A stretch of 64,000 bases of DNA, from positions 12,276,001-12,340,000 of the forward strand of contig CM022665.1 of assembly GCA_012295275.1 (NCBI GenBank). The letters are read 5' to 3'. The stretch's first letter is position 1; every line of letters starts with the position of its first letter. The notes under the pieces are model-generated. The model was not told the DNA's origin and searched no databases. It was given only the letters and a program-made list of their open reading frames with translations. This DNA comes from Chrysomallon squamiferum. Lineage: Eukaryota; Animalia; Mollusca. Shown here in pieces: positions 13,661-26,599 of the stretch. Made by a program: the position numbers and the translations under genes.

Positions 13661-16620
13661 TAATTAATGAGTGAATGGCTAAAATCTGAAAACATTTCTA
13701 TACTGACCGTTATTATGTATCATCAACGTAATTTTGTATCAACTTCTGAAGTACACTACAGATTTTTTATACTTACTGTTAGCAAAAACAGATTTTATAA
13801 ATACATTTCAATACACAAGTTAACATGCACGACAATATTTGGTACAAAAGGGGTGTGGGCACGAGTCACTGAGTGAAAGCGAAAATTACCCACGGGTTTC
13901 AGCGACGACAATAAAAAACAAACAAAAAAAACTCTTTATCTGAAAACACTATTAAGCCGATTTCTTTAATATGTAAGTATTGCTATATGTATAACAGTGT
14001 TATTTCATATAACTCTAAAAAATATACACAATTTGAAGATTTCTTAATGCGTGGGCATGCAAATGAATAACCAGAAATAGAAATAAATAAATAAATAAAT
14101 AAATGAATAGAATTAAAACAAAACAAACAAAAAAAAAAAAAAAAAAAAAAAAAAAAGAAAAAGATAAAAGAAAAAAAAAAGAAAAAAAGCAAATGAAAAT
14201 AATTAAAAAAAAAAAAAAAAAAAATTGTTTTTGTGAGATCTGCGTAGGATTCGCAAAAAAAAACACACAAAAACAAACAAAAATAAAATATTACTAAGCA
14301 AATAAAGGCCTACTATGTCCCAAAGCGAGAATGTACCAGTAATTCAAATAACATGAAAACAGCATTTGACACTTTCGTTTCCCTACAGCTGCAAATGTTC
14401 ATCAGTTTATCAAACGGGATAAAATTGCTCTTCATCCACGGTCAGGTGATTTCATCAAAATTATTCTCGATTGAGTAACTTCTTGAAATGATTTCCTAAC
14501 TCTGAGAGTCTGTTATGGACAAGTGCATTGTTCCACAAATCTTTTATGCTTATTGGGTTTCGTAATTGAAGCTGCTTTTCGCGCTAATCTTGTTGACATG
14601 CAGGGTAAAATGTGGAACGTTTGTTGACTTGTATTGTGGTTTGGAAAATGATCTGATGACGTCATTTTATTATACAGGAATCAGTGTATTTTTAATGGCA
14701 TCAGAAATCAGGTAATCGTTTCTCTATATTTTCAAATAAATTGGAGGTTTTAGGTTAAACAAAATAATAATAATAATAATAATAATTTATATGCTTAGAA
14801 TTTGCCTCCATGTCTCCATGTTTTTATCTGTGTATTAATCTTTCTGTTTGTTTCCTCAGTCTCGATTGTCTTACAAAATCTAATCCTGTCTCTCTGTCTG
14901 TCTCGCTGTCTCCATCTCTGATAGAATGTTAGTCCGTTTGTCTCACTGTCTTCGTCTCTGGTAACTTGTCTGTCTCTGTCTGTCTCACTGTCTTGGTCTT
15001 TGTCTTACTATTTTTCTTTCTGTCTCTCCCTTTCTGTCTGTCTTTTTGTCCTTTTCTTTCTCTCTTCGTCAGCATCTCTGGATTTCTGTCACACTCTATC
15101 TCTCTGACAGTTTTTAATTATATATCTTATGTTGCAAAGAATTTTACTTATATCATGTTATACTTTTATAACAGTACATTTAGAAAAAGTATATACATCA
15201 GTGTCATCAAACACCATTTCTTATTAATATTATATTTCTACCAGCTTATTTGTCCGGAATGTTATTAAAATTCCTAACTTGCCAAGGCGTGTACTCTATT
15301 TCTCTTAATCTGACATGGTATATGGGGTTTTTTCTTCTCTTTCCTTCTCACATGAATTAAAATAAACACAAGATGTAATCAGACTAGATGTCACCTTCTG
15401 TCCAATTTATCTCTCGCCATCTGATTAAACCTGACGTCAGTAAAAAGGTTTTACTCGCATGCAGGCGTGGACTTAAACCAATACAACAGACAGTCTGGTA
15501 ACAAGGCACTGCAGTCTTGCACGAGTTAGAAAATCATGATTTACGTCTGTAACGTAAACCGAAATCAGATTAATGGTTTTTAAACACGGAATCTCTGTAG
15601 TTTGTAAAACTAACCGATTTGTTTTAAATGTCACAGAAGTATTGTTTCATAATCAAACTAAACAATTAAACTGTTACAGAGAATGGTATTTTAATTGTGA
15701 AATATTTTCTGAACCAAGAACGAAAAGGAAAAAAAAAAATAATAATAATAAATAATAAATAAATAAAAGAAAAAAAGAAAAGGAAAGAAAGAAAGAAAAA
15801 AAAAAACTTAATCAGATGTAAAAAAAAAGACAGAAATCAACATTGGATTCCAAAATGAAAATGCCAAGCGTCTTATAATCAGTGCAATTTAATTAATATT
15901 ATTAATATTTAATTCAAAAGATTCGATCTACAGTTCTGAATGTTTTAAATTACATATCTATCCTGTTCTAGCATCCTAACAGACTGACTCTGTTATAATT
16001 TAACTTGAATTAGTGAACATCCGCAACATGAGCAATAATAGCAACAAGTAAGAAGAACAACAGCAACAATAATAGCAACAGCATCAAAATCAGCATCAGC
16101 ATCTCTAATAATAATAATAATAAATCAAAACGGTATCTAGCTGGGAATTCGTTCTTAAAAATGACACCGTTGTATAGCCCCTTTAGTGAACACCTCTTTT
16201 TTTTTTTCTTTCTCTCTCTCTCTCTCTCTCTACTGGAGTTATAGCTATGGTTTGACGCAAAGACACATTTTATCAACAGGAGACGGATAATAATGAATGG
16301 ATTGTGCAGCTGGGCATATAGACACAAAGATATCTTGAGATTTATAGCAATCTGGTGATATGATGCTTTGCAATTCGCCTTCATTTAGTACATTTCAAAC
16401 TCTAAACAAAATACTGCGTCGAAGCCATTCTTTAATTGAAAAAATGAGTGGAATGTAAATAACAGATTCTTAACGTTATCTTCAAATTCAAATCAGTTAA
16501 GCTTCCAGTTAACTTTTTTTTGTTGTTGTTGTTTCTTTATTCAGTTTTTCTTTTTCTTTTTTGGTGTGTTGTTTATTTTAAGGTGGTGGTGGTTTTTTGT
16601 GGGTTTGTTTTTCTGTAGAC

Positions 16621-16683
<63 letters not shown>

Positions 16684-17446
16684 TTTTGTTTTTAATTCAT
16701 CTTTTTTCATAGGTTCCACAGAGAAGGCTATGGATTTTATCTCTTATTATCAATATAGTCTGTGGCCATGTTATAAAAAAAATCATCTAAAAATGTATAA
16801 AATGTATCGTTAATTAAAATAGATCTTCTTTTCTGAACTATCATCAGTAATCTTGGTCTTCTCGTCTATACACATCTCTCTGTCTTTTTATAACTTGTCA
16901 CCAGACATCGATGTTTTACACACATGTTGTGTTATAATTATATTGATGTTTCTGAAAACTATGTTAATATAAAGTTCATGATAATTTTTTTCTCCTTGGA
17001 ATAATATTAACTTTTCTTTCTAAAATCATGCTAGGATGTGTGTTCATTATACATTTAAAAAATATATAAATGATGTAAAATTAAAATTATTAATAGTTTG
17101 GCAACGAGAAGAGCTAGCGCTAGTAGTACTATTTGTTCTATGACTACTACTAGTATTACTAGAGTAATGATAGCAAAAGCAGCTACTATTATTTACCACC
17201 ACCACCCCAAAAATAAAATAATAATAAAATAAAATAAAATAAATTAATAAAAAATCCAAAAAGAAAACAACATCAAGCAAACAAACCTCAGTAATAATAA
17301 ATAACAATAATATTCATCGTCATCATCAGATCACGTCATATTCACGTCGTCATCATCACATCATCAGTCTCAACATTTTTTTTTTTTTTAACTTCTTCTT
17401 GTTATCATTATTTCAGGTTGTGAAGTGATACACAGAAACGACTGAG

Positions 17447-17509
17447 ATGACATCAGCCGTGCCGCCGGTCATTCCTACATTAACGACATGTCCAACATAT
17501 CCACCGTGA
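17447..17509 (+). promoter_or_regulatory. Out-of-frame upstream ORF (MTSAVPPVIPTLTTCPTYPP*) overlapping the Popeye start codon
   Basis: gagATGa at 17447 lies in the same exon, 41 nt upstream of ATG 17488. It ends at TGA 17507-17509, inside the main CDS. Confidence 0.6.
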
Positions 17510-18044
17510 CCGCCAGCACCACGGGGCTCCTGTCTCTGTTAAGGATCAGCACAGACAACGGAGCCTTAGCCGGCGCAGCCAGCGTGCCCGACAACGTCGT
17601 TCGATCCTGCAATGGTTGGCTGGAGGCGCAGCACACGCTCTTCCAGATGGCAAACCTCACCATGCTTATTTCTTTCCTCACGCCAAGTAGCTACAAATAC
17701 CACGTCTTCTTCATGCGGATTGTCGTCCTCATTGCTGTCGTCCTTTTTCTCCTGTGGGGAGTGCTGCTAGTGTGCATGCTGGATGTCGTTGGATGGAGTG
17801 CCGTCATGGTTGTCATCAACTTCGTGCACGTTGTGTACCTGTCGGTGGTTTATTTTCCAGTGAAAACTCACAGTCATTTGCAAACAGTCTACATGAAACA
17901 TTTCAAACCTATGATGGTCACATGGAAGGAATTCACTGAACTCTGTAAGAAAGGAATGGAGGTTACGTTGCCCAAAGGCAGCATATACGCCATTGAAGGG
18001 GTTACCCACTGCGGCGATAAAGTCTCATTACTCATTAAAGGAAG
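17488..18044 (+). CDS. BVES: Popeye domain-containing protein (BVES/POPDC-like), coding exon 1: N-terminus, three TM helices, start of Popeye domain
   Basis: The exon opens at acceptor tttcag|17417. An in-frame TGA at 17443 precedes ATG 17488. Translation has an N-glycosylation sequon NIS at residue 3, CNGWLEAQHTLFQMAN (cf. BVES CENW...HHLVFHVAN), three hydrophobic segments, then VYMKHFKPM...F...YAIEG...DKVSLLIKG. Donor AG|gtgagt at 18045, phase 2. The symbol marks the family; the exact paralogue is not resolved. Confidence 0.93.
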
Positions 18045-18049
18045 GTGAG

Positions 18050-18215
18050 TGTAACAAGAACTCTTTTATTCGTTCGTATGGCAAGGACTCTTTTATCTTT
18101 TCGTAAAGGCTTTTTTTTTTTTTTTTTTTTTTTTAATATTGTAATGACTTTTTCATTTGTTACCGTGACAAGGACTTTTTTTATTCCCTTAATATGGCCA
18201 AGGTCTCTTTTATTT
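18050..18215. repeat. Short degenerate repeat (CAAGGACTCTTTTAT) at the start of the Popeye intron
   Basis: Four to five variants of acaaggactcttttatt directly after the 18045 donor. Confidence 0.55.
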
Positions 18216-18398
18216 TATTTTATTGGTAGTAAAAGCAGTACTTTCTTTGAAACAATTATTTAACCGACACCCAGTTTCCTTTAATACTGGTGTTTTTAAA
18301 CAAACACATATTAATTCTTCTAATTTGGCCATATGAAAGTGAATTAATCTTTTCAGGAAAGTGATATTAAAATTGTTTTGGTTTCTTTTTTAATGCAG

Positions 18399-18513
18399 GG
18401 TCAGAGTAACATATGAACGTCTCTTTTTGCACAACATTGAAGCCAATGATTTTATTGATTCTCTTGAATTTGACTCAACAATGCCGCATACGGAGACGGA
18501 TGAACGGTATCAG
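18399..18513 (+). CDS. BVES: Popeye domain-containing protein, coding exon 2 (phosphate-binding cassette region)
   Basis: Acceptor tttttaatgcag|. Phase-2 entry gives (R)VRVTYERLFLHNIEANDFIDSLEFDSTMPHTETDERYQ, matching BVES [25 protein letters not shown]...EKFQ. Donor CAG|gtgata, phase 0. Not in the ORF track. Confidence 0.92.
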
Positions 18514-19179
18514 GTGATAATCAACAAATAGCAGTCGCCATTCTTTTTTGTTTCCTCACTTAGTAATAACACAGAGAAAAAAAAAACTAGTAGAAAAATA
18601 AAATATGAAATGAAATCAGATAAATAAATAAATAAATAAATAAATGTGTATAATATAATAAAATGTATAATTTTTATTCTGTTATAACATGTATGTATGT
18701 GTTTTTGTATGTCACTGTATGTCTATGCAGGTGAATGTTTATAGACAGAGAGACTTATTTATTTACTTATTTATTTAATAAATCTCTGTTATGTCTACAG
18801 CTGATACTACAATGGAAAGCTTGTAAACCGTTTCTAAGTACATGTGAATTTGTTTCGCATTCGTATACTGCCCAGTATCTTAAGAGCCACCATAAATATA
18901 TATATATACACACACACATAAACTTAGAAATCTATAAAAGCTTTACAGTATCAGTCTAAAGATCATGTTTTTAACGTAATGTGTGTCTGTTCATTAAACT
19001 GTCATAATGTTAAAACATATATTTTCATATTGCATTATCATAACTTGTATTCTGTGATAATGATAACTTAAATATTATCATATTGATATTTCATAACTTG
19101 TATACTTTTATAATAATGTCTAGTAATTTTGTACATTGTCATACTGCTGTTTATTAACTTATAATTTGTTATAACACTT

Positions 19180-19314
19180 CCAGCTAGCACATTAATTTTA
19201 TCTGCCCCAACGGTGGCCCACATCTGGCCAAGACGATACCAACTGTGGGCTAGATGAGGGTCACCCTCGGGCTAGATGAGGGTCACCCTCGGGCCAAGTA
19301 CATTTCCTAGCTGG
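19180..19314. mobile_element. Small foldback/MITE-like insertion in Popeye intron
   Basis: GC-rich island in an AT-rich intron. Terminal inverted CCAGCTAG...CTAGCTGG. Exact 22-bp tandem GGGCTAGATGAGGGTCACCCTC x2 (19247-19290), with an inverted degenerate copy at ~19214-19229. Confidence 0.6.
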
Positions 19315-19397
19315 GCTGTTTCATGATTTATATATTATCATAATATCTATTGAATATTGTTTCATTGATGACGTATATTGTAATACATCGTTTCTAG

Positions 19398-19677
19398 GTG
19401 ACAGTGACTGTGTTACAGGAAAGCAGCATTCTAACTTGGCAGTTCTCAGCACTGCAAGATCACCTGGATGAACACCCAGATCTGAGAACAGCTTTCCGTT
19501 ACATCATTGGAAAAGACATTTGTCAGAAACTGTACCAGATCCAGGAGCTGCTGATGTCCAATCCAGACTACATGACGACGTTGCCAAGTCGACAATCCTC
19601 CATGGTCAATGTTAGAAGCAGTCTTGTCCATCAGGATTCTGTTACCAGCTTTACGAGACTGAATAATCTCAGTGTTG
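19398..19677 (+). CDS. BVES: Popeye domain-containing protein, coding exon 3
   Basis: Acceptor tttctag|, phase 0. VTVTVLQESSILTW...FRYIIGKDICQKLY matches BVES VTIIA...FLCW...FRYLIGKDITNKLY. Donor G|gtgagt at 19678, phase 1. Confidence 0.92.
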
Positions 19678-19786
19678 GTGAGTTCAAATACTGTGTTGTT
19701 GTTTTATAATTTAAATGTAAAATTCTGTTTAAATACATAGTTATGTCTTGTATGTACTTAACTACCATATATGAATCTTTATCTAT

Positions 19787-19842
<56 letters not shown>

Positions 19843-20093
19843 ATATCTATATATATATATATATATATATATACATACAAACATACATACACACATACAC
19901 ACACATATGTACACACATGTATGCACAGATAAACACATTTATTCACAAATCTTTATTTCATTTTTGTTTTATTTTGTTTTGTTTGTTTATGTGTTTGTTT
20001 GTTTTATTAAGAACGATTTTAAACCAGAAGAGATGAATAAAATTCATTATATAAAATATTCCGAGACTCAGACATTTTTATTTCATTTTTCAG

Positions 20094-20158
20094 CCAATCG
20101 TCCACGAAAATGCTCCAGTTTAAAAGTCAGACATTCATGTGAACAAACAAGCGTATGA
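20094..20158 (+). CDS. BVES: Popeye domain-containing protein, predicted last coding exon (ANRPRKCSSLKVRHSCEQTSV*)
   Basis: Strong acceptor tttcatttttcag|. The phase-1 join is open to TGA at 20156-20158. Total CDS is 1017 nt (338 aa). The tail has no homology support. Confidence 0.7.
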
Positions 20159-20704
20159 CACAGCAGTGAAATTCGTTATTAGTTATGTTTATGACTAATA
20201 CTATAGTAATCCTTGATCTAACAAACTATATAGTAAACACTATGTGGTATGGCTTCCAGTGTTACAGCTATTACAGTTCCAGGACATTACAGACCTCGTT
20301 GTCAAATGAAGTAAAACATTTATTTTTGCCGTGCCAGCATTATGTTCATTTTGTTCTTCACGTTTTACTTCTAAACATTCCTAAAACACTGTAAGAAGAC
20401 GTAGTAACAATATCTGATGTCGAAAGTGAAACTTTCTTTTTATGAAAGAAAAATTCTGTAAGAAACACGTTACGTGAAGAAGCATAAAATATACTGAAAT
20501 GTCACACAGACACAGTCACACATACACACTGACACATAACTTTAAATTATTTACATACACACAGTCCATTACGCACACGAACATGTAAATATGACTTTAA
20601 CTAGGGCAATCAGTTTTATACAGTCCCAGTGCTGTTTCTGTATTTATTATAATAATAATTATTATTATTTGTGTTGTGCTTTCGCACAAATTGCTTTAAA
20701 GTAT

Positions 20705-21007
20705 CAGGGGCGGATTGTACGGGGTTTGCCCAATTGCACGGATCCTCTTCCAACTAACAGTAATAAAATAAATAAAACTCATGTTTACGTGTGTGTATGT
20801 GCTCTGAATGATATTCGAGCTGAACTGGATGCCATCTTCTCAGTTTAGTTTGCTAACGCTGCGGAAATGGCGGCAAGCACTCCACTAAGAGATTCCAATA
20901 CCAAGAATTGTGAATAGACAAAAACTGTAACATTTATCATTTCAAATTATAAATATCTGCATATTGTTTAGGCGTCCACACCATAGCTAAAGCACAATCC
21001 GCCCCTG
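20705..21007. mobile_element. MITE (303 bp) with perfect 14-bp terminal inverted repeats
   Basis: CAGGGGCGGATTGT at 20705-20718 and ACAATCCGCCCCTG at 20994-21007. Flanks taaagtat/aaaagtta match only 5/8. Confidence 0.8.
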
Positions 21008-21157
21008 AAAAGTTAAATCTTGCCGCCCTGTTTAACTGGTCGCCAGTTAGGAATACAACATTGTTGTTCCATGATGCCGTCTTCTGATAGAACTGTTATT
21101 GAAAACAGTACACGATTTTAAATATGTCTCAATTAAAAGATTTGATTAATATATATA

Positions 21158-21207
<50 letters not shown>

Positions 21208-23199
21208 GTATATATAATAACAATAAACTGCTCTAGTAAAATTATAATAAAGTATTAAGTGTCAGAAATTATAAAAAAAATATCATGAAGTATTAATTCT
21301 GGAGAAGATGGTTCAGAAGGTGATAAGAGTTTTGTAAAGAACTTTCTTGAAAACGATAGTTCAAACATTTCTGTCAAAAGAAACAACAAATATATCTTCA
21401 TGGGATGTATATGTATCAAAGAAATACTTACTGGTACAAAACACGATGTCTTAAATAGACTTCGAAAAATTAAACTTTATATAAGCATCATTTGGAAAAT
21501 ATACTAAGTTTTCGGTTGTCATATAAACACAGAGGGCAATATCGGAAAGATATTAAACCATGAGTGTCAGGATTTAAACGCTATTATGGTCGTCAGAGAG
21601 TTCAAAGAAAGTTAGTATGTTGAATGGAAAGCTTAATGGAATTATGAAAAAGTTTCCTTAATGAAATGGTAGAAAGCGAGAGACTAACACTTTTACTTCT
21701 GCTCTTAAGAGATCAAAAGAACAGATCAGAAGGTTCCTTTTGTCGTGTTCACTGACCAATGTAATATGTTATATTCTGTGCGCTTAATTATGTGTCACAA
21801 AAAATTATAACTTTGTATATAGAGTCCTTCCAACTGATTACTTCTTTTAAATATTTTATCATAACAGTTCATTATTATTATTATTATTTGCTTTTATTTA
21901 TTTATTTATTTATTTTGCTCTTTTATTCTTACTTCTAGTTATCTTCGTTTTATGTTTACATTTTGGTTTTGCTTCTGTTATTCTTGTTTTGGTTTTATTT
22001 TTGCCTGTATTTATCGTAGTATTGTGTGCCTGTTTAACAGCACGTCAGACGTAAAAACAATCAACGACGTTTTCAAGTAAAAACGTGAGTGAGATTTGTA
22101 AGGGATTTCAGACAAAACCATTATTTATTTAATAAATCCTGTCAAATCTTTGCACACCAAAGAGTTGATGGGTTTAGTTGTCTCCTAAGGAGATGTGAGA
22201 AATTTGGTAACAGAATGTAATAAAAACAATTTTGACAATGTTAGAGTTGTGAGCTTTTCTTAATGACCAACTAAGCTAACATTTTCGAATTTTGTGCTTG
22301 AATTAAAATGCAGTTGTCATTAATCAGTCGACGCCAAATTATCGTTTGAAAGACAACAGTTGTTAATATTTTATTCATATTGTTGTTTTGTTTTGTCAAG
22401 AGAATGGTGGTAATTCCTAAATTTGTGTTCTTTGTTATTACAGAATTTATATTGCTGTTTGTTTTTTGCCATCTTAGTAAGATGTCTGCCTTAATAATAA
22501 TATTTTACTTGATTTAATGTTTTTCTTAGGCTACTTACGACAACATTCTAATTCCAAATAAGAAAAACCATTATCAGGCAGTCTTCTTTATCTTTAGAAT
22601 ATATAAATATATAAATATATATACACAAATGACAATCCTTTTTTAATCACTGGTGCAAAATTTCTAAGTACACTCATTTGTTTCCAGCATATTTTTTACT
22701 CGATATATCATTTATTATTTACTGATCGTCCATATGCATTAAATCATATAAATTAAATAAACATAGGACTGGAAGAATCTAGGATCGCCTCCGTGTATCG
22801 GTTTATCAAAAAGATAATTCAGAATATGAAAGAAGATTCGATTCGCTCTTCTCTTTTTGAAAAAACCCACAAAGCAGAATCATTGATGCATATTTCAAAT
22901 TTCATAAAGTTGTTTTTTTCTTCAGTAGTTCAAGCAATAATTTGCAATATGTCACAGAGAAAGAATTAAAACTGCCATAGTCATTTATTATGACGTTTTT
23001 ACCAGCGACTGCACTTCTAACAATAGGACATCACATACCACCAACATTTGAAATACCAGATGCGGCCTTACAGTGAACTACGGAGTTTACTGGAGTATAA
23101 ATCTTATATTAATAAATAACTGATTAAAAGTTACTTGTTTACTCTCCCTTCCAAAAAAACCACTACGAACACTACCGCTACTACAACTATTACTTCTAC

Positions 23200-23253
<54 letters not shown>

Positions 23254-23957
23254 GTTACTATCACTGTCAGTTATTATTATTATTATTATCTTCATTTATC
23301 CATTTACCTTTTTTACTCGTTTTTTTTTAAATATTATTATTTTTTATTTTTATGACCAGTTTAATAATGTAATATCTCTTTGCATTTCTTTTATAATAAA
23401 ATCTACAAAGTTTCTCTCTCTTTGTGAGAAGAAATCACCCGTCCGAACTGACCCAGCGCATACCCTAGTACACGGTCGACATGCCGAGCCAGCTGTAATA
23501 GTTTAACACGCAAGCTGTTACACGTGAGATGTATTTACAGAAACCGCGTAAAAGTGTCAGTGTTAATTGCTGGATGTCTGTGGTTGTTGTAATTAATGTT
23601 TTCTTGTGATCTATTTTCAAAGTAAATAAATAATTTCGGATAAATCTGAATTAATGATTTTTGTTTTCTTTAATCAGACTCGGTGTTGTGAAGTTAGTGC
23701 TCTCTCTGTTTCTTTCATCAGCTCTCTAATTCTCTTTCTCACTCTATTTTTCCTTCATTCTCTCGTTGTTTTATTTTCTCTGTGACTTTCATCTTCTCCT
23801 ATATCTCTCTCTCTCTCTGTTCCTCTCCCCTCAGTATCTAGTTCTGAAAGGCACCTTCTGCTGTCTGCCTGAATACCCACCCACCTACCTACCTCTCTGC
23901 ATATTTATCTGTCTGTCCATTTGTTCATTCATCCATCAGTCCATCCATCTAGTCATA

Positions 23958-24000
<43 letters not shown>

Positions 24001-24618
24001 TATACATATACATACATACACACATAATTTATACATTATCTCTCATACAGATACCTACATTCAGACAGAACATACATACAAATGCTGTTTATCAGGAATA
24101 AATATTTGTTTGTTTATTATTATTATTATTGCTGTTTATCTGGAATAAATATATGTTTGTTTATTATTATTATTATTATTAATGAAACAATAACAACTGA
24201 TTTCAATTTCAAAGTACTAAAACTCCACAAAGAATGAATAAACAGAGATCAATGCATTGCTGAAAAATAATCATTGTAAATATATCTATAAGGCTGAGTC
24301 ACCATTAGCGTTTCCAGACAGCCCCCCCCCCCACCTCTGCGGTACGTCGATGCTTCTTAAACTAGTGACTGGTTCATCCCAGGGTGACTGAAACATAGTC
24401 TGGGGTAAACGAAACTAGAGGCAGGGTAACATCGTGGATAAAATTTTGAGATAAAGACTCAACGATGAATTGTACTGAAACAGTTTAAGTAACACGATAT
24501 ATATACTAGTAACTAAAATTGTATGTAGATACGTATACATATGAAAATGAAAAAAGAAAATATACTCTTCGCTAAATTAGTAAGCATTACTTTGTTTTAA
24601 AAGTCTGTTAATATAAAG

Positions 24619-24667
<49 letters not shown>

Positions 24668-25134
24668 TGCAGTAATAGTTGTTGCAGTGGTAGCATAAAA
24701 CACATTTATACACAATGAAATATAATAGTGTAACTATACAAAACTGACAGAGTAAATCACATCTCACTCATTTATATTATATTGTCCTATAGCTGATGTA
24801 TTTATAACCTTTTGACACACACACACACACACACACACAAAAAACATATTTTATTATCTGCCCATTTCACCTCTTTTATGCACGTTTTATTTTTACCCAA
24901 CCTGTTATTGGTTTTAAAGTGACAAAAAAAAAAAAAAAAAAAAAAAGTGAATGTCACAGTAACTTACCAAGTTATAAATAGCTCATGAACGTAACTCGGT
25001 ACATTAAGGCAGAACTAACCCCAAAACGTTTATCGTTTGGTCGATTCTGAGTCTTGAATGGACTAGGAAATAGTTTCCACATTGGAATGCAGACACAGCT
25101 TTATAATATAATACAGAAACTGGGCGTAAACCAC

Positions 25135-25177
<43 letters not shown>

Positions 25178-25415
25178 TTTTATTATTTTAATTTTGTTCA
25201 AGACAAAACAGCTCCAATTACAACCAACAGTCCATGACAACTTATAGAAAACCGTGGTGTAATGGAAAGGTGCATGCAATAATAAAAAAAGTAAAGTAAT
25301 AATAAAATAAAATATAAAATATAAAATAAATAAATAAATAAAAGCAAATGTAATACTTTCACTTGGAGACTACAGGTCAGATCACCTCCAAGACATGAAA
25401 AAAAATAATAAATAA

Positions 25416-25460
<45 letters not shown>

Positions 25461-25569
25461 AAAAATGGATTTTAAAGACTGATTATATGTTATGTTAGTT
25501 AACTAGCTATTTGAAATCACTGTTTGTGTATATTAACACGTTTAATTCAAGTCTGTCTAACAGTTTGTT

Positions 25570-25695
25570 AGGGTTTAAATAATGAGGCTGTCCTCTAGGT
25601 AAGGTTTAAATAATGTGGCAGTCCCTTTCTGGTAATGTTAAATATTGTAGCATTACTCTAAGAGGAAAAATGTAAACAGTGTGGCAGTCCTCTGT
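25570..25695. repeat. Degenerate ~32-bp minisatellite, about 4 units
   Basis: ggtttaaataatg(a/t)ggc(t/a)gtcc(t)ct recurs. Confidence 0.6.
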
Positions 25696-25931
25696 ATATA
25701 AAAAAAAAAAACGTTTCAAATACACGTTAATTTCTGTCGACAACCCTTCACAGTGGTAAACTATCACTTTGCGTCAGCAGCAGAAGATAGAATGTATCAT
25801 TACACTGTGGCAGCTGACACAGAATATTTGACATTTTTGTCATATAAAAATACACACATATATATATATATAAGAAAAAATGCATTTATATATTTTCATA
25901 CCTGTTTAAAAAACAAAACAGCAAACAACAC

Positions 25932-25979
<48 letters not shown>

Positions 25980-26310
25980 TAACTGTTGGTTTTTAAATTT
26001 TCTGTCCTGATATTTTGATACAAGTCATATTTTATTTTTAATGGAGCAACCTGAATTAGAATTTAAACCGTTATTTAACAAATGCGAGGATGGACTAGGT
26101 TTTCATTACCGACATAAAATGTATTGTTTCATATCGTCGCAATCAGCATAATTATTATAATGTTAAATAAATCATGCACTACACCTGCACCTTGTACTTC
26201 ATTTTCTTGCCTGGAAAATAAATCACTGGATTTGTCACTTGATTAAAAAAAAACAGCACTCAAGTGTCAAACTTGTTTACCTTTATAACATTCCAGCTAA
26301 CATATTGCAT

Positions 26311-26341
<31 letters not shown>

Positions 26342-26444
26342 GTTATTTATATTTTTGGTTTATTATTATTATTATTATTATTTTTTTTTTTTTTTTTTTC
26401 AGGAACCAGCTCAGTACATAAATAACAGCTACCTATATTTAAGC

Positions 26445-26491
<47 letters not shown>

Positions 26492-26568
26492 TGAGTGTGC
26501 TTGCATGTATGATTATTTATTAATATGATTGCATAAGTTGTAGTAAGTTTATGACTGAAAGTATAGGA

Positions 26569-26599
<31 letters not shown>

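Noticed and set aside
17475-19631. Antisense and alternate-frame ORFs over the Popeye exons (17475-17681, 17754-17939, 17767-18009, 19446-19631)
   Set aside because: Shadow ORFs of real coding exons.
21289-21563. ~90-codon open stretch with faint L1/Tx1 ORF2-linker flavour
   Set aside because: No diagnostic motif could be read with confidence.
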